Positions 7,477 through 18,100 of a DNA stretch of 46,956 nucleotides are shown here, one piece after another. The notes beneath the pieces were generated by a model that did not search any database, was not told where the DNA came from, and saw nothing but the letters and a program-made list of their open reading frames with translations. Each line of letters starts with the position of its first letter. The stretch's first letter is position 1. The translations under genes were made by a program, and so were the position numbers. Source of the stretch: a virus (taxonomy: Duplodnaviria; Caudoviricetes); IMG/VR virus record IMGVR_UViG_3300030102_003865, positions 1 through 46,956 of that record. One strand, written 5' to 3'.

Positions 7477-7511
7477 AACCCTGAACCCTGAACCCTGAAC
7501 CCTGAACCCTG
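7477..7511. repeat. AACCCTG heptamer x5
   Basis: Five perfect tandem copies 10 nt upstream of ATG 7522. Confidence 0.95.
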
Positions 7512-7521
7512 ATTCATTGTA

Positions 7522-7770
7522 ATGCCAAGTAATCACATATCAAACGAACCTTATCACGAATGGCTACGTGATAAGATCAAACGCGAAACCTTAGCCGAAC
7601 AAATAAAAGAACTGAATATGAAATCTCAAGTAGATGTAGTAGAAGAAGTCTCTCAGTTGAGAGAAGCACGTAACGAGTTAGCAGCAATGTTAGCTCACGT
7701 ATTGGGGTCCAAAGAAAACTTGAAGAAGTTTTTGGAGGACTGGAATAAAAAGAAATTGACTAATCAATAA
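7522..7770 (+). CDS. Small coiled-coil hypothetical protein
   Basis: 82-aa ORF with heptad-like pattern. Confidence 0.65.
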   Translation: MPSNHISNEPYHEWLRDKIKRETLAEQIKELNMKSQVDVVEEVSQLREARNELAAMLAHVLGSKENLKKFLEDWNKKKLTNQ

Positions 7771-7783
7771 TACATTATATATT
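7756..7783 (+). promoter_or_regulatory. Putative sigma70-type promoter
   Basis: TTGACT-N16-TATATT upstream of ATG 7826. Confidence 0.55.
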
Positions 7784-7825
7784 AATTATAACTTAACCCT
7801 AAATTTATTTATTAAAAAAATAATT

Positions 7826-8287
7826 ATGACACCCTTAACTAAAGCAGTACATCGGGTGGTAGTGATCGAAGATCAGGAGTATATAGCTTCTCTCGTCCCT
7901 GCCACGGAAAATCAACCCGCAGCCTTCACACTTCGCAAGAAGAAACATAGATCCTTGTCATCTTGGATCGCTATGGATGATTCACTTGTGGATCATGCCG
8001 AAGATGAAGAAGCTGAAGCTGAATACGAACCCATAACCCAAGCGGAGAAATCCGCACAACACGTAGCTAAACAAGTAGGCGTTCAAATGGCTCTTGGCAC
8101 TGCTAGAGAGAATGATCCAATCCATCCGAAGGACTTGGAGATGTGGTCCAAATATTCGTACCCAAAATTTTTGGATGCGTGGGCTCGATATAAAACAGCG
8201 TTAGCTTTTCACAAAGATCCTGAGCTTATCAAGATTGTTTGGGGGAAGGGTAACGAGATCGTAGTCTATTGTCCTGAGTTTGCATAA
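7826..8287 (+). CDS. Hypothetical protein
   Basis: 153-aa ORF with AT-rich leader. Confidence 0.75.
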   Translation: MTPLTKAVHRVVVIEDQEYIASLVPATENQPAAFTLRKKKHRSLSSWIAMDDSLVDHAEDEEAEAEYEPITQAEKSAQHVAKQVGVQMALGTARENDPIHPKDLEMWSKYSYPKFLDAWARYKTALAFHKDPELIKIVWGKGNEIVVYCPEFA

Positions 8288-8495
8288 GATGAGGATCATC
8301 AGACAAGTGTTTCCACAAGGACATCCGATCATTGTGGATGCACAACTGGATGATGACAACGGGGTCGTTCAAGATTCCGTTGTTATTTATCCAATACTCC
8401 CTGACGGAATAATAGGGCAGCCCATCTTCAGTAAAGAGGACCCTGCCACATCCATACTAGACGAAATTATTAACGACCTACTAAACGAAAATTAA
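8280..8495 (+). CDS. Hypothetical protein (true start may be ATG 8289)
   Basis: Fills the gap between neighbours; its stop abuts the next ATG. Confidence 0.65.
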   Translation: MHKMRIIRQVFPQGHPIIVDAQLDDDNGVVQDSVVIYPILPDGIIGQPIFSKEDPATSILDEIINDLLNEN

Positions 8496-8822
8496 ATGCA
8501 GTTAACTTACAAAGTATCACCGCAATCTATCGCAAAAGCGATCAGTAAAGTCTCTGGATTCTCAGTTTATGAACTGAAGAACGAAGGGCATTCACATACA
8601 CTCGCCCAGTGGAGACACTTGGGAATGTACTTGGCCCGTGAATCGGGAATGACGTACGTTGAAGCGGGTGAAGTATTCAATCGCCACTTCTCAACAGCAC
8701 TGACCTCGCATAGGAAAGTCAAGAAATCCTTGGACGATCCTCAGATAGCAAATGCTTTAGGGCAAATTAAAAACTTTTTGAATAAAGAAAATAAAGACGA
8801 TGGAAATCAAGAGATTCTATAA
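8496..8822 (+). CDS. Stand-alone DnaA C-terminal (domain IV)-like HTH protein
   Basis: WRHLGMYLARESGMTYVEAGEVFNRHFSTALTSHRKV resembles the DnaA RQIAMYL...IG..F..RDHTTV....K signature. Confidence 0.75.
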   Translation: MQLTYKVSPQSIAKAISKVSGFSVYELKNEGHSHTLAQWRHLGMYLARESGMTYVEAGEVFNRHFSTALTSHRKVKKSLDDPQIANALGQIKNFLNKENKDDGNQEIL

Positions 8823-9006
8823 GACAGACAGAGGCCCATACAGCAGCATCTTTTTAATGCACACTGTAGATGCAATGCCTCAGTACAAAGTATATGCAGT
8901 GTCTCCTGAGAACCCTACCAAAGTTATCTACGAAGGTAAGAACAGGAAAGAAGCAAACGATAGCTTTGAGAAACTAGTTTCGAAGTACACTTTACAAGCT
9001 CACTAA
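8800..9006 (+). CDS. Hypothetical protein
   Basis: 68-aa ORF, last early CDS. Confidence 0.65.
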   Translation: MEIKRFYKTDRGPYSSIFLMHTVDAMPQYKVYAVSPENPTKVIYEGKNRKEANDSFEKLVSKYTLQAH

Positions 9007-9008
9007 AC

Positions 9009-9036
9009 TTGACGGATATATTTTGCTTGGTATACT
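9009..9036 (+). promoter_or_regulatory. Sigma70-type promoter with extended -10
   Basis: TTGACG-N16-TATACT with TGn before the -10; no CDS between it and the terminator. Confidence 0.7.
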
Positions 9037-9042
9037 TAACTT

Positions 9043-9135
9043 ACTTGGCGTAGTCAATGTCCCAACCCATTGGTTAAGTTAGGTTAAGTTAAGGTCCCCC
9101 TCCTTCTATATCACGTAGAGGGAGGGGGTTTTTTT
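9043..9135 (+). ncRNA. Candidate ~95-nt sRNA antisense to early-gene leader repeats
   Basis: Bounded by promoter and terminator; 9072-9094 GGTTAAGTTAGGTTAAGTTAAGG is complementary to CTTAACTTAAC/CCTAACTTAAC leaders; start site estimated. Confidence 0.6.
9096..9135 (+). terminator. Rho-independent terminator at the convergence of early and late units
   Basis: 13-bp stem CCCCCTCCTTCTA/TAGAGGGAGGGGG followed by T7. Confidence 0.9.
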
Positions 9136-9139
9136 GTGT

Positions 9140-12100
9140 TTACGGATCTACCGATAAGAACCTTGGGTACTTATTCAACTCAGCTTGGAAGTCTCGGAGC
9201 CTTTGGATATGAGTCTCCCCTTTTCTAACCATACGTTCGATGAATGGCATAGGTAAGGATGGTCTATCCATGAGTCCTTTGGCTAGTAGCAACTGGACCC
9301 TCCTCTTACTCATCCCTCTTTGAAGACCGATCTTATAGATCTCTTCTTTGGATAAGCCTTGCCTCTCAAAAGATCTGAACACCCGATTCAGGTGAGCGTT
9401 GACTCTTCGTCTTCCCTCTATTTCTTTTTTTGCTAAAGAAGTTATCTCGGACTTGGTCATCACATCATCAGTCAACAGTCTAAACTTATTTGAGTTGATC
9501 CTATCGAACTCACCTTTCCTCTTCGACACGAAGTTAGATAACCGAACATCGAACTCAATCGGATAAGTCGTTGCGGGTTTGAACTGACCAATGATATTTG
9601 ATATAACTTCAGGAGCCTTAGTGATATCAAACCCATCTTTGAATATCGCCTTATCCTCTATCAGTTTGGTAAGAGTTGGAGGAGTTAATGCCTCATCCAA
9701 TACGTAGCCGAGAGACTTCGTAAATTTCTCATGGAGTAAATCATTCTCCTCGTAGATAGGTTCTTCTTTTTTCGGATCGAAGTTTGACTTCGCATTTAAG
9801 AAAGCCCTCATGAATATCTGATCGTCAAAGAATTCACCTAACGTTCCCTTCACTAAACTCTCTACCGTCTTGGAAGTATTACCGTGAACGAGATGTTCCA
9901 TCGCCCTTAGTGAAGGGTCAGTTAACATCGAGTACGGGTTAATGAAAGTTAAGGAGAAGTTCCTTCTCTCTTTAGTAAGAGGATTTGTATAGTATATGAG
10001 TGATTGATTCTGCATATACGGTGGCAACGTATCACGAAGAGCTTCATCGTCATCGTAGAATATTCCCTGAAGAAGTCTCGTAGTGATGGGAACTATGACT
10101 GAAGATACTCCAGTAACAAACCCGATACCTGCTAGTCTTCTACGTCCACGTTTTCTAATGACGGGGTTGCTATCTTTAGATTCTTTTAAAGCTAGGTTCC
10201 ACGTATTGAAATATGTTCTGATAACCTCACCTTTAAATCGAAGGAAAGGTGAGAACATAACTCCGAAGGTATGTCCCTGAAGTCCAGTGATAATAGGAGG
10301 AGCTTGAGAATATGTTTGAGAAGTCATGACAACTTTCTCGGCTGCTAATCTCTTTAGTTGATAATCAGTTTTGGTTGCATAAAAATCTTGCTTGCCATCC
10401 TTTCTCGATGCTTCTCTCGCATCGATAAGGTATTTAAGTTCATGCTCAAACAAGGCTATCTTGTAGAACGCATCAACAATAGCTGAAAGTTCTTTAGCCT
10501 TGCCCCATGTTTTCTCATTAGCTTTCTGAGCTAACTCTTTTCCTTTGCGAGAGATGCTCTTCCCCTCTTCGTTCTCTAGCCTTGAAAGATTTTTTTCAAA
10601 ATCATTTAAGACTTTTTCTGGAGAGGTCTGCCCACTGAGTAGCTCTTCAATTAGCTTGGGCCTAATCTCATTACCGATAACATCGAGAGCTATCAGTTCT
10701 GTATAGTAATCGTTTGCAGTTTCTTGACGTATTCCCCTTCGGTCTAATTCAGTGATTAAACTCTTGGTCATACTACCCCACTTAACGAATCCATTAGCGG
10801 GACCAAAGTAAAAAGCGTTTGATATTACGTTCCTTACATAGAAGCCAATGTTACCTAAAGTCTTAGACCCTAGAGATAGACCTGTTATTCTGGCTATCAT
10901 CTTAAAGGAACCACTCGCTATCTTTTCTGCATCGTTCGCTGACTCTTGACTAGGCGGATTTAATACGCTCATCAAGCCATCAACCATTTCAGCGGGAGCA
11001 AAGAGTTGTACGTTCTTTGGTTCACCATCTACCTCGACCTCGAAGTTTCTAAATGGGTCATAAGCTTCTGCTCCTCCTGCTTTAATTTGTTTATACCTGC
11101 TTCCACCATACTCATCTATGTTTTCTAATCTCTTTTTCTTGAGCTCATCCTTCGTAAGTATCCACTCGTTTCCTTTCCTGCGTCCGATCTCTAATAAGTT
11201 TTTCATGAACGCTTGGTTCGATGCCATCATACCAACGCTGAGGTAAGTCCTTAAAAGATTCTTGAACCCTGCACCCTCGTCAGTTTCCTCTCCAAGCAGA
11301 GCCCTGATTGATTCATCAATATCTCTTTTCTTTTTCAACTGATTTATCAGAGGACTAGCAAAGGATTCAACAGCTTCAGGTCCTGCTATCAAGTTACTTG
11401 ATTCCTTATCTTTATAACTATGGAGGAATGAAAGCATCATTGACCTACCTAAGTCTTTGTTCTCAGTAAGTTCTTTCTCAGCTAGTGCGGTAGCTTCGGA
11501 CTCCTCTTTACCATCTTTTATAAAGGCTTTAATACGTGCTTGTTTGTAGGTATCTGCAAAGTACTTAGCAGCATTGTCTCTCACGGTGCTGAACTTAGGA
11601 TCTTTGGTAACTTTATCCAACCACCCTGCTTCATTGAACATCTTATATGATCGGGTTATGTATATTCCTAAGTTACTATCTATCGTAGCACTTAGATCTA
11701 CATCCACATTGTAGAGTTCTTTAAGTTTAATCGAAAGAGAATCGACGGTATCACGTAATGCTTTAAGTTCATTAACGAATTCAGGGGATACCTTTTCAAG
11801 TTGAGTTAGTGCAGCGTCCTTTTTCTTTCTAATGATTTCTCTTTGAACGTCTTGCTGTTTGCGGATGTCGTTCTTGTATTTGTTTGTAGCATCCTCAAGA
11901 AGTGTTTTCTTTTCCTCTTCAGTTATCTCTTTACGTTTAGCCTTCTCGTTTATGTCCGCTTTTCTGGACTTGTGTTGAAGATTAATTGCATCTCTCACAT
12001 CATCAGGTATCGACACAACTTTCGAAGAACCTGTAGCTTCAGATATCAATTCGTACGGTATACTAAATCCTTTATCAATAAAGTCTTTATCAAGTATCTT

Positions 12101-15100
12101 CCTTAACTTCGTTGCTCTTAGGTTAACATCATTCTGGACAGCGCGGTTGAATGCTTCTCGTTGTTCGAACATACGTCTGACTCGGATATCAAGAGACCCA
12201 GTCATGGCGACTTTAAATTTACGCCACCAAGAATCCTTGCGTTTCTCTGAATCATATACACCGTCCTCGTAAACAGGAGCTTCTAACATTTTCTCTAACC
12301 TATCGACCGTCACTTCCTCTGTAGAGTAGGTGTATCCTGATATCTTTTTATCAGTAGCACCGAGCTCAGAGTACAAGAACGAATCCATTGTTGGATCAAA
12401 CCTATCAGTCAAAGGAATTATATTACCATCCTCATCGTAAGTTACAGGATCGGATAACTTTATTTGTTCGGGTGTGAGTACGACTGTTATGGTAGCATCT
12501 TCCCCACTGTTTGTTACAAAATCAGCAGTCAAAGCATCTATACCAGTAACTTCTTTGAGAGCTTGGTGATAATGTTTAGCGTATATACCACTACCGTTCA
12601 TGGCTCCAAGCTGTTCGGCTATTGTTTCATTTTGAACAGGATCAGAAAGCATTTCAACAGCGGCCTCTATGCTCCCAAAGTTGGCTACAAAAGTATCATT
12701 GATACTTGCTTCAGGATCTTCTTTTAGCATATCTTGAAACTCCAACTCGTTTACTCTTTCAAGTACGGGTCTCAGTTCCTCTGCCGAAAGAGGGGCGGAG
12801 TCATGAGGGCGTGGGTTGTTTACTTTCAGATACGCAGAAAGAATTCTTCCTCTAAACTTACCTACGCGAGTATATCCCTCCGCAACTGTCCGTGATTTTG
12901 TGAAATAAAAACCTGTACCGTACGCAAAACCTGTACCGAATCCTATCTTACGGTAAGAGAATGCATCGAAATCAGCGGGGGTTCCGTGGAACAGAGGACC
13001 AACAGTGTACCCTGTAGACTCCGCTGCTCGCTTCACGAACTGCTGAAGTACTTCTTTATTTCCTTCAGGATCTTGAGCTAACTCCATGTACCTATCGTTG
13101 GTAGCACCGAGTTCAGATTTTAACAGGTCTTCTTTGACAGGCTCAGTCGCAATTAACAAATTACTTTTCTTAATTACTTTACCAAAAAACTCTTTAATCT
13201 CAGGGACATAGTCGGCTGCTTTCTTATGGTTCTGCCACCCTTTAGTAGTGGTTTTCCCAACGCCATCCCTGTTACCTTCATGAATTAAAAAGTAAGCTTT
13301 GCCCTCTGGTTTTATAGCATTAGCTGCTTGCCTGATTACAAGCCCCCTGCTGTCTTCCTCCTGTATAACATTCAATACGTTATTAACAGTAGCCGTGTCT
13401 GATTGACCGTCTCTTATCTCTTCAACTACTCTCTTATTGTGTACTTCTCCTCTGTTAAATGGATCATATATAAAGTTAGCAACTCCTAAAGTAGCTAGTT
13501 TTTCTGTACCATTATCAAAACTTCCTCCTCCTATATCAGCATTCTTAGTTCCCTCTTCCCATTCAATTATTCCTTTATCTGTTAAGGAGCCAAAGGTAGC
13601 GGGTAGTTTATCTCTATTGATTGAGGTATCAGCACTAGATATTTGCTGACCTTCTGGGTAAGTCCATATATTTTCAGTAGCACCAAGGCCACTATGTAAA
13701 AGTCTTGGACCCGTATCAAACCTGTTACTTAACGGAATGATATCTCCAAAGTCATCGCGCGTTACCTCCGCAGATTTAATTTGTTCAGGTGAAAATACTA
13801 CCCAAACATCAGAAGCTTCATAATGGATAGCGTCGTAACCACTTATCTTTGAAACCAACTTAGTTGCTGCTGCTCTTCGATTTGTTTGGTCTGGAGATAT
13901 ACGGATAACGTCTGCACCTTGCCTCGCGAATGTCTCGCTACGAGTCGTATCAAAATCTTCAGCCGACTTAATAAGGTCCTCTTCAATCTTACGGAAATTA
14001 GAATTTTCAGGATAAGTTTTAACAAGTTCTCTTACTTGTTGATCAAACTTTAAGCCATCTACTAAGTAAACTATAGGTTGCTTTTCGGTAGCATAACCCG
14101 TTTCATATAAAAACTGATCGATTTCTATTTCCGATAAGTTGTACTCACGCGATAAACCTTCAGCAAATTCTTTAAAAAACTCTTGTTTGTCTTGGATTGC
14201 CGCATCAGTTCCGCTACTGTAATCTTCTATGAGTCTGTAAGATCCTTCAGTATGGCTTACTCTTGTTCTAAAAACTTTGTCCGCTTTTAGAAATGTTTGA
14301 TAAACTCTACCAACATCTCCCTGCGCGTAGTTAGCTGCTACATTATAGTTGCCTGTAAAATAAAACCCATGACCACCGACACTTCTCATTATAAAATTAC
14401 TGTCGAAAGTTTTTAAGTCTTTGTTAGTAGATCCGTGGAAAACAATAACAGGTGCTCCCTCTACTACATGACCCTTCTGTCGGGCTTCAGTTTCCAATAG
14501 CTGTGTTAGTGAAAGGTCGCGCTCTTTAGAAGGATCGGCTGCATCCATGTACGCTTGTCCTCTGACAGCTTTTATCTTGTCTCGATAAGTTCCCTCTCTT
14601 TGCATCTTTAGATGCTCTTTAGAATTTACTACAACAGAGTTAGTTGGGTTGGGGTAGGCGACTGAGTCTCTTGGGTTGCCTGTTAGGTTACCTATGGTGA
14701 CATGATAAATTCTGTCCTTATCAGGAGAAGGCCCGCCTATTATATTCTTTTCTACAAAATTATTTAAGACTTCTTGTTCAACAACTCTACGTACCAATGA
14801 CTGTCTAAGCGTACCGTCAGGTTGTATTTGAGTAGATATTTCAGGAGCGTGAAACGTGAGGTTAGGGAACACTGCAACAGGGCTCTGTCCAGTAAGACGG
14901 AAAGCCTCTCCTAAGATATCAGTTTCTGCTACCTCGTCAGTAAACTCTTTACTTATCAAAGTAATATGTATGTCTTCTTCTTTTAGAGGAATGAAATTAC
15001 TTTTCCCAAACTTAAAGTTTTGTTGTTCCTGTTGAACGAGTTCCGAAAGTTTTTCTGACTTCAACATATAGATGCCAGTCTTAACAACCCTGCCCTTTAT

Positions 15101-18100
15101 AGGGTCCTCGTTGTTATTAAGGGCTTCAATATCAAAAGGACCTAAATCAGATAGCCTTAGTTCCTGCCCTCCTCTATCAATCTTGCGATTGTTGCCCATC
15201 ATATCAGAGAACTCTTGAGCAAGAGGAATCAATTCCTCTATGGGAAGATCTACTACATTGACATTTGCCATAGACTCTGGATTGATCAACATCATTTGAC
15301 CGTATCGATGATTGCCATCAAGAATAAATCCGTCAGAGCTCATCACTGAAAAAGGTTTATCGCTTAAACCTCCGACAGAGTCTTGCATATTGAAGTGCTT
15401 TTGCATAGCAAACCAAACTGTTTTAGGGAAAAACAATTCAGTCTGATAGGGTTTCATAGTAGCTACACGAACACTCTTTTGCCTCACGCTTACTGGTCGC
15501 TCTAACTTTTCACTCAAGAATCTACCAAACTCTTCTACTTGTTGAGGTTGAACGATTGGCATTTCTTCTCTCGATACCTCTCCTATCTGCTCTCTAGTCT
15601 CTAATAAAATAGCTTTAAGATTATTATAGTTCGATTCGAATTCTGGTATCTCATCAAGGAATGATCGAGCAACTCCCATCTCATCAAATTTACCCTGAGC
15701 CCTGATCCCTGCATCCTTAGCCGATGTATCAAGAATCCTGTCTGTCTCTGGTCCTGCCTCTATTGGCTTTCCAGTTATCCCCAAACTTGTAAACAGTACC
15801 TCTGTTCTCATTGGGTCGAAGCGGAGATCAAGAGGAACGACTTGTGTTTCATAGCGGAGACCTCCATCTTCTCTATCTTCTACAGCATTCAAGGACTGTT
15901 TAAAAGTAACTGTCTCAGCAGACTTTATATTATAAGGTTCAAATATAGCAAGGCTTCTACCATACTTACCCGATGTATCTTCTCTTTCGTAGTGTCCGTC
16001 ATACCCTAATCTTTTAAGAGCGTTACGTACTGAAAGATTTATCTTACGAGGATCGTCATCGTAAGCTAAGTTAGTAACTTCGTAATTAGAGAAGAACGAA
16101 TACTGTCCCTGTTTCAGCTTCTCTCTAAACATGCTCTCATCAAACTCCCCCTCAGATAGATTTTTAAATTCATCTTCTTGCTTTAGCTTTGAGATAAATT
16201 CATCAACCTGAGAAGGATCTTCATGATCAAATAATTTAAGGTCCTTCTTAATATACCAACGATGTAAGATTATATCTGAAAGAGACTCTTGTTGAGCTAT
16301 GGCTGAGATACTTTGTGCATCTTTAGGGGTCTCTGAAACAAAAGCAGACACGGTCCCGAACCTAGTTTGAGGAGTATCTATATTATACTTGGTACTTCCG
16401 TGATAGTACACGGTACTAGTATCATAGCCATTAGCCTCTGCTGCCTTTTTTACTAAAGCATTTAAGTCAGCTACAGACTTTTTATTATCAGCCACCCAAG
16501 CGTCCAGTATTTGGACTTTAGCTCTTGTGTTATCTTCTTCATTTAAAATACTAACATCTAATACTTTCTCTACCTCCTTAGAGTTCAATAAATCCTCAAG
16601 ATTATTGTTACCTGAGTCACCTGTTAAGATAAGCTTACGGAATTGTTTAGTATCAGCAGCTAATTCTGATTGAAGTATATCAGGGTCTTCGAGTTCGGGT
16701 GTGTCTTCAGGGAACACCTCACCTAAAGTTGTGTTTTGTAGTCCTGTTATATAATCATCAGGACTATTTGGATCAAACACAAGATTCCCCGCAGTGAATC
16801 GGTCCCTCCCCATTAAAACATTTATTTCCTCAACCAAATTAGATATTGCCATATCCATTTCAGGCGTGGTAAGTCCCTTCTTCTTTAGTTTGAGTAAGCG
16901 TGAGACCATTCTTCTTAAATACTCAAGTACTATCTGAAGTTTAGTAGGGTCTCCTGTCCAAAATTCATAGTTCGCCTCTGAAGTAGTCCCCGTCATTCTA
17001 TCCTGAGCATACATACGGAGCTTTTCCTCTATAAGAATCTCTTTAGTTTGCTGAACGGTAGTCTCTTCTTCTGATTGTAAGGCTGCTTTTAGTTGCTCGT
17101 TCCGTGCAGGGTTATCTGGAGTGTACTCATCAACAATAGTCTCAAACTCTGCATCAGTAGTTTCATTAATTAACTTGTTTAATTGTTTTTTAGATATAGA
17201 TCTGTACGAAGCAACGTGAGCTACTTCTTCTCCCATAATAGAATTAAGTATCCGACGAATTACAGATTCTGATTTACCTTTCTTAATTAAATTAGCTACC
17301 GAGTTCTGGTTAAGGAATACATCACCCGTCCTAGCACGAGCAGCAGCAAGTCCTCCAGTCGTGTTAGTAATATTTAAGCTAAGTCCGTTACGCCTAACAA
17401 ACATCCCCATGCGATTTATCAATCGCGTTAAAATATTTGATTCATCTACTGTCAGAGTATCATCTGATTCTACTTTTGAGGTATCCGTTTCATCTTGTCC
17501 CGCTTCTTGATTATCAAGTCTCCTCTTATTTGTAGGACTAATCTCAGTTCTAAGTACATCAGGTTCACCTGTAGCTCTTGGAGACCATACCTCTTCGACA
17601 CCTTGCTCAACAGAACCAACACTTTTGGCTATCTTCTGCAACTTGCGGAGGTCATCGATTGTACGACTTGTTATATCCGAAACACTTTCTGTTGCGGTAG
17701 GCACATCAGGAGTTGCTTGTTCTCCGAAAGCATAGTGAGTTGTAGTATGTGCTTCGGCAGAACTCTTTCTTATCGCATTGATAACAGCGATTGTTTTTGG
17801 AGTGCTGAATGACTGTCCTAAAGTTGCTTCAACTCTTGCCCGTACGTCTTCAAGTAAAGCTAAGTCTTTAGTTATGTCTCCTTCTTTGCTAACCGAATCG
17901 GTAGTACCACTAATAAGTCTAAGTAGAGTATGTAAAGGACGACTGTCTTTGCCCCTTAAAGATTTTTTATATAAATCTAAGAAGGCTTGGCCCATTGTCT
18001 TTTCTCTAGTTAGAGTGGTTTTACTATCTAGATCTATAGAGCGTAGCGTAGGACCTTGATCGAGTATCAAGCCTAGTACTTCGTTTCCTGACATTACACC

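Noticed and set aside
7477-7511. CRISPR array or eukaryotic telomere contamination
   Set aside because: No spacers; only 35 bp, embedded in continuous phage gene context
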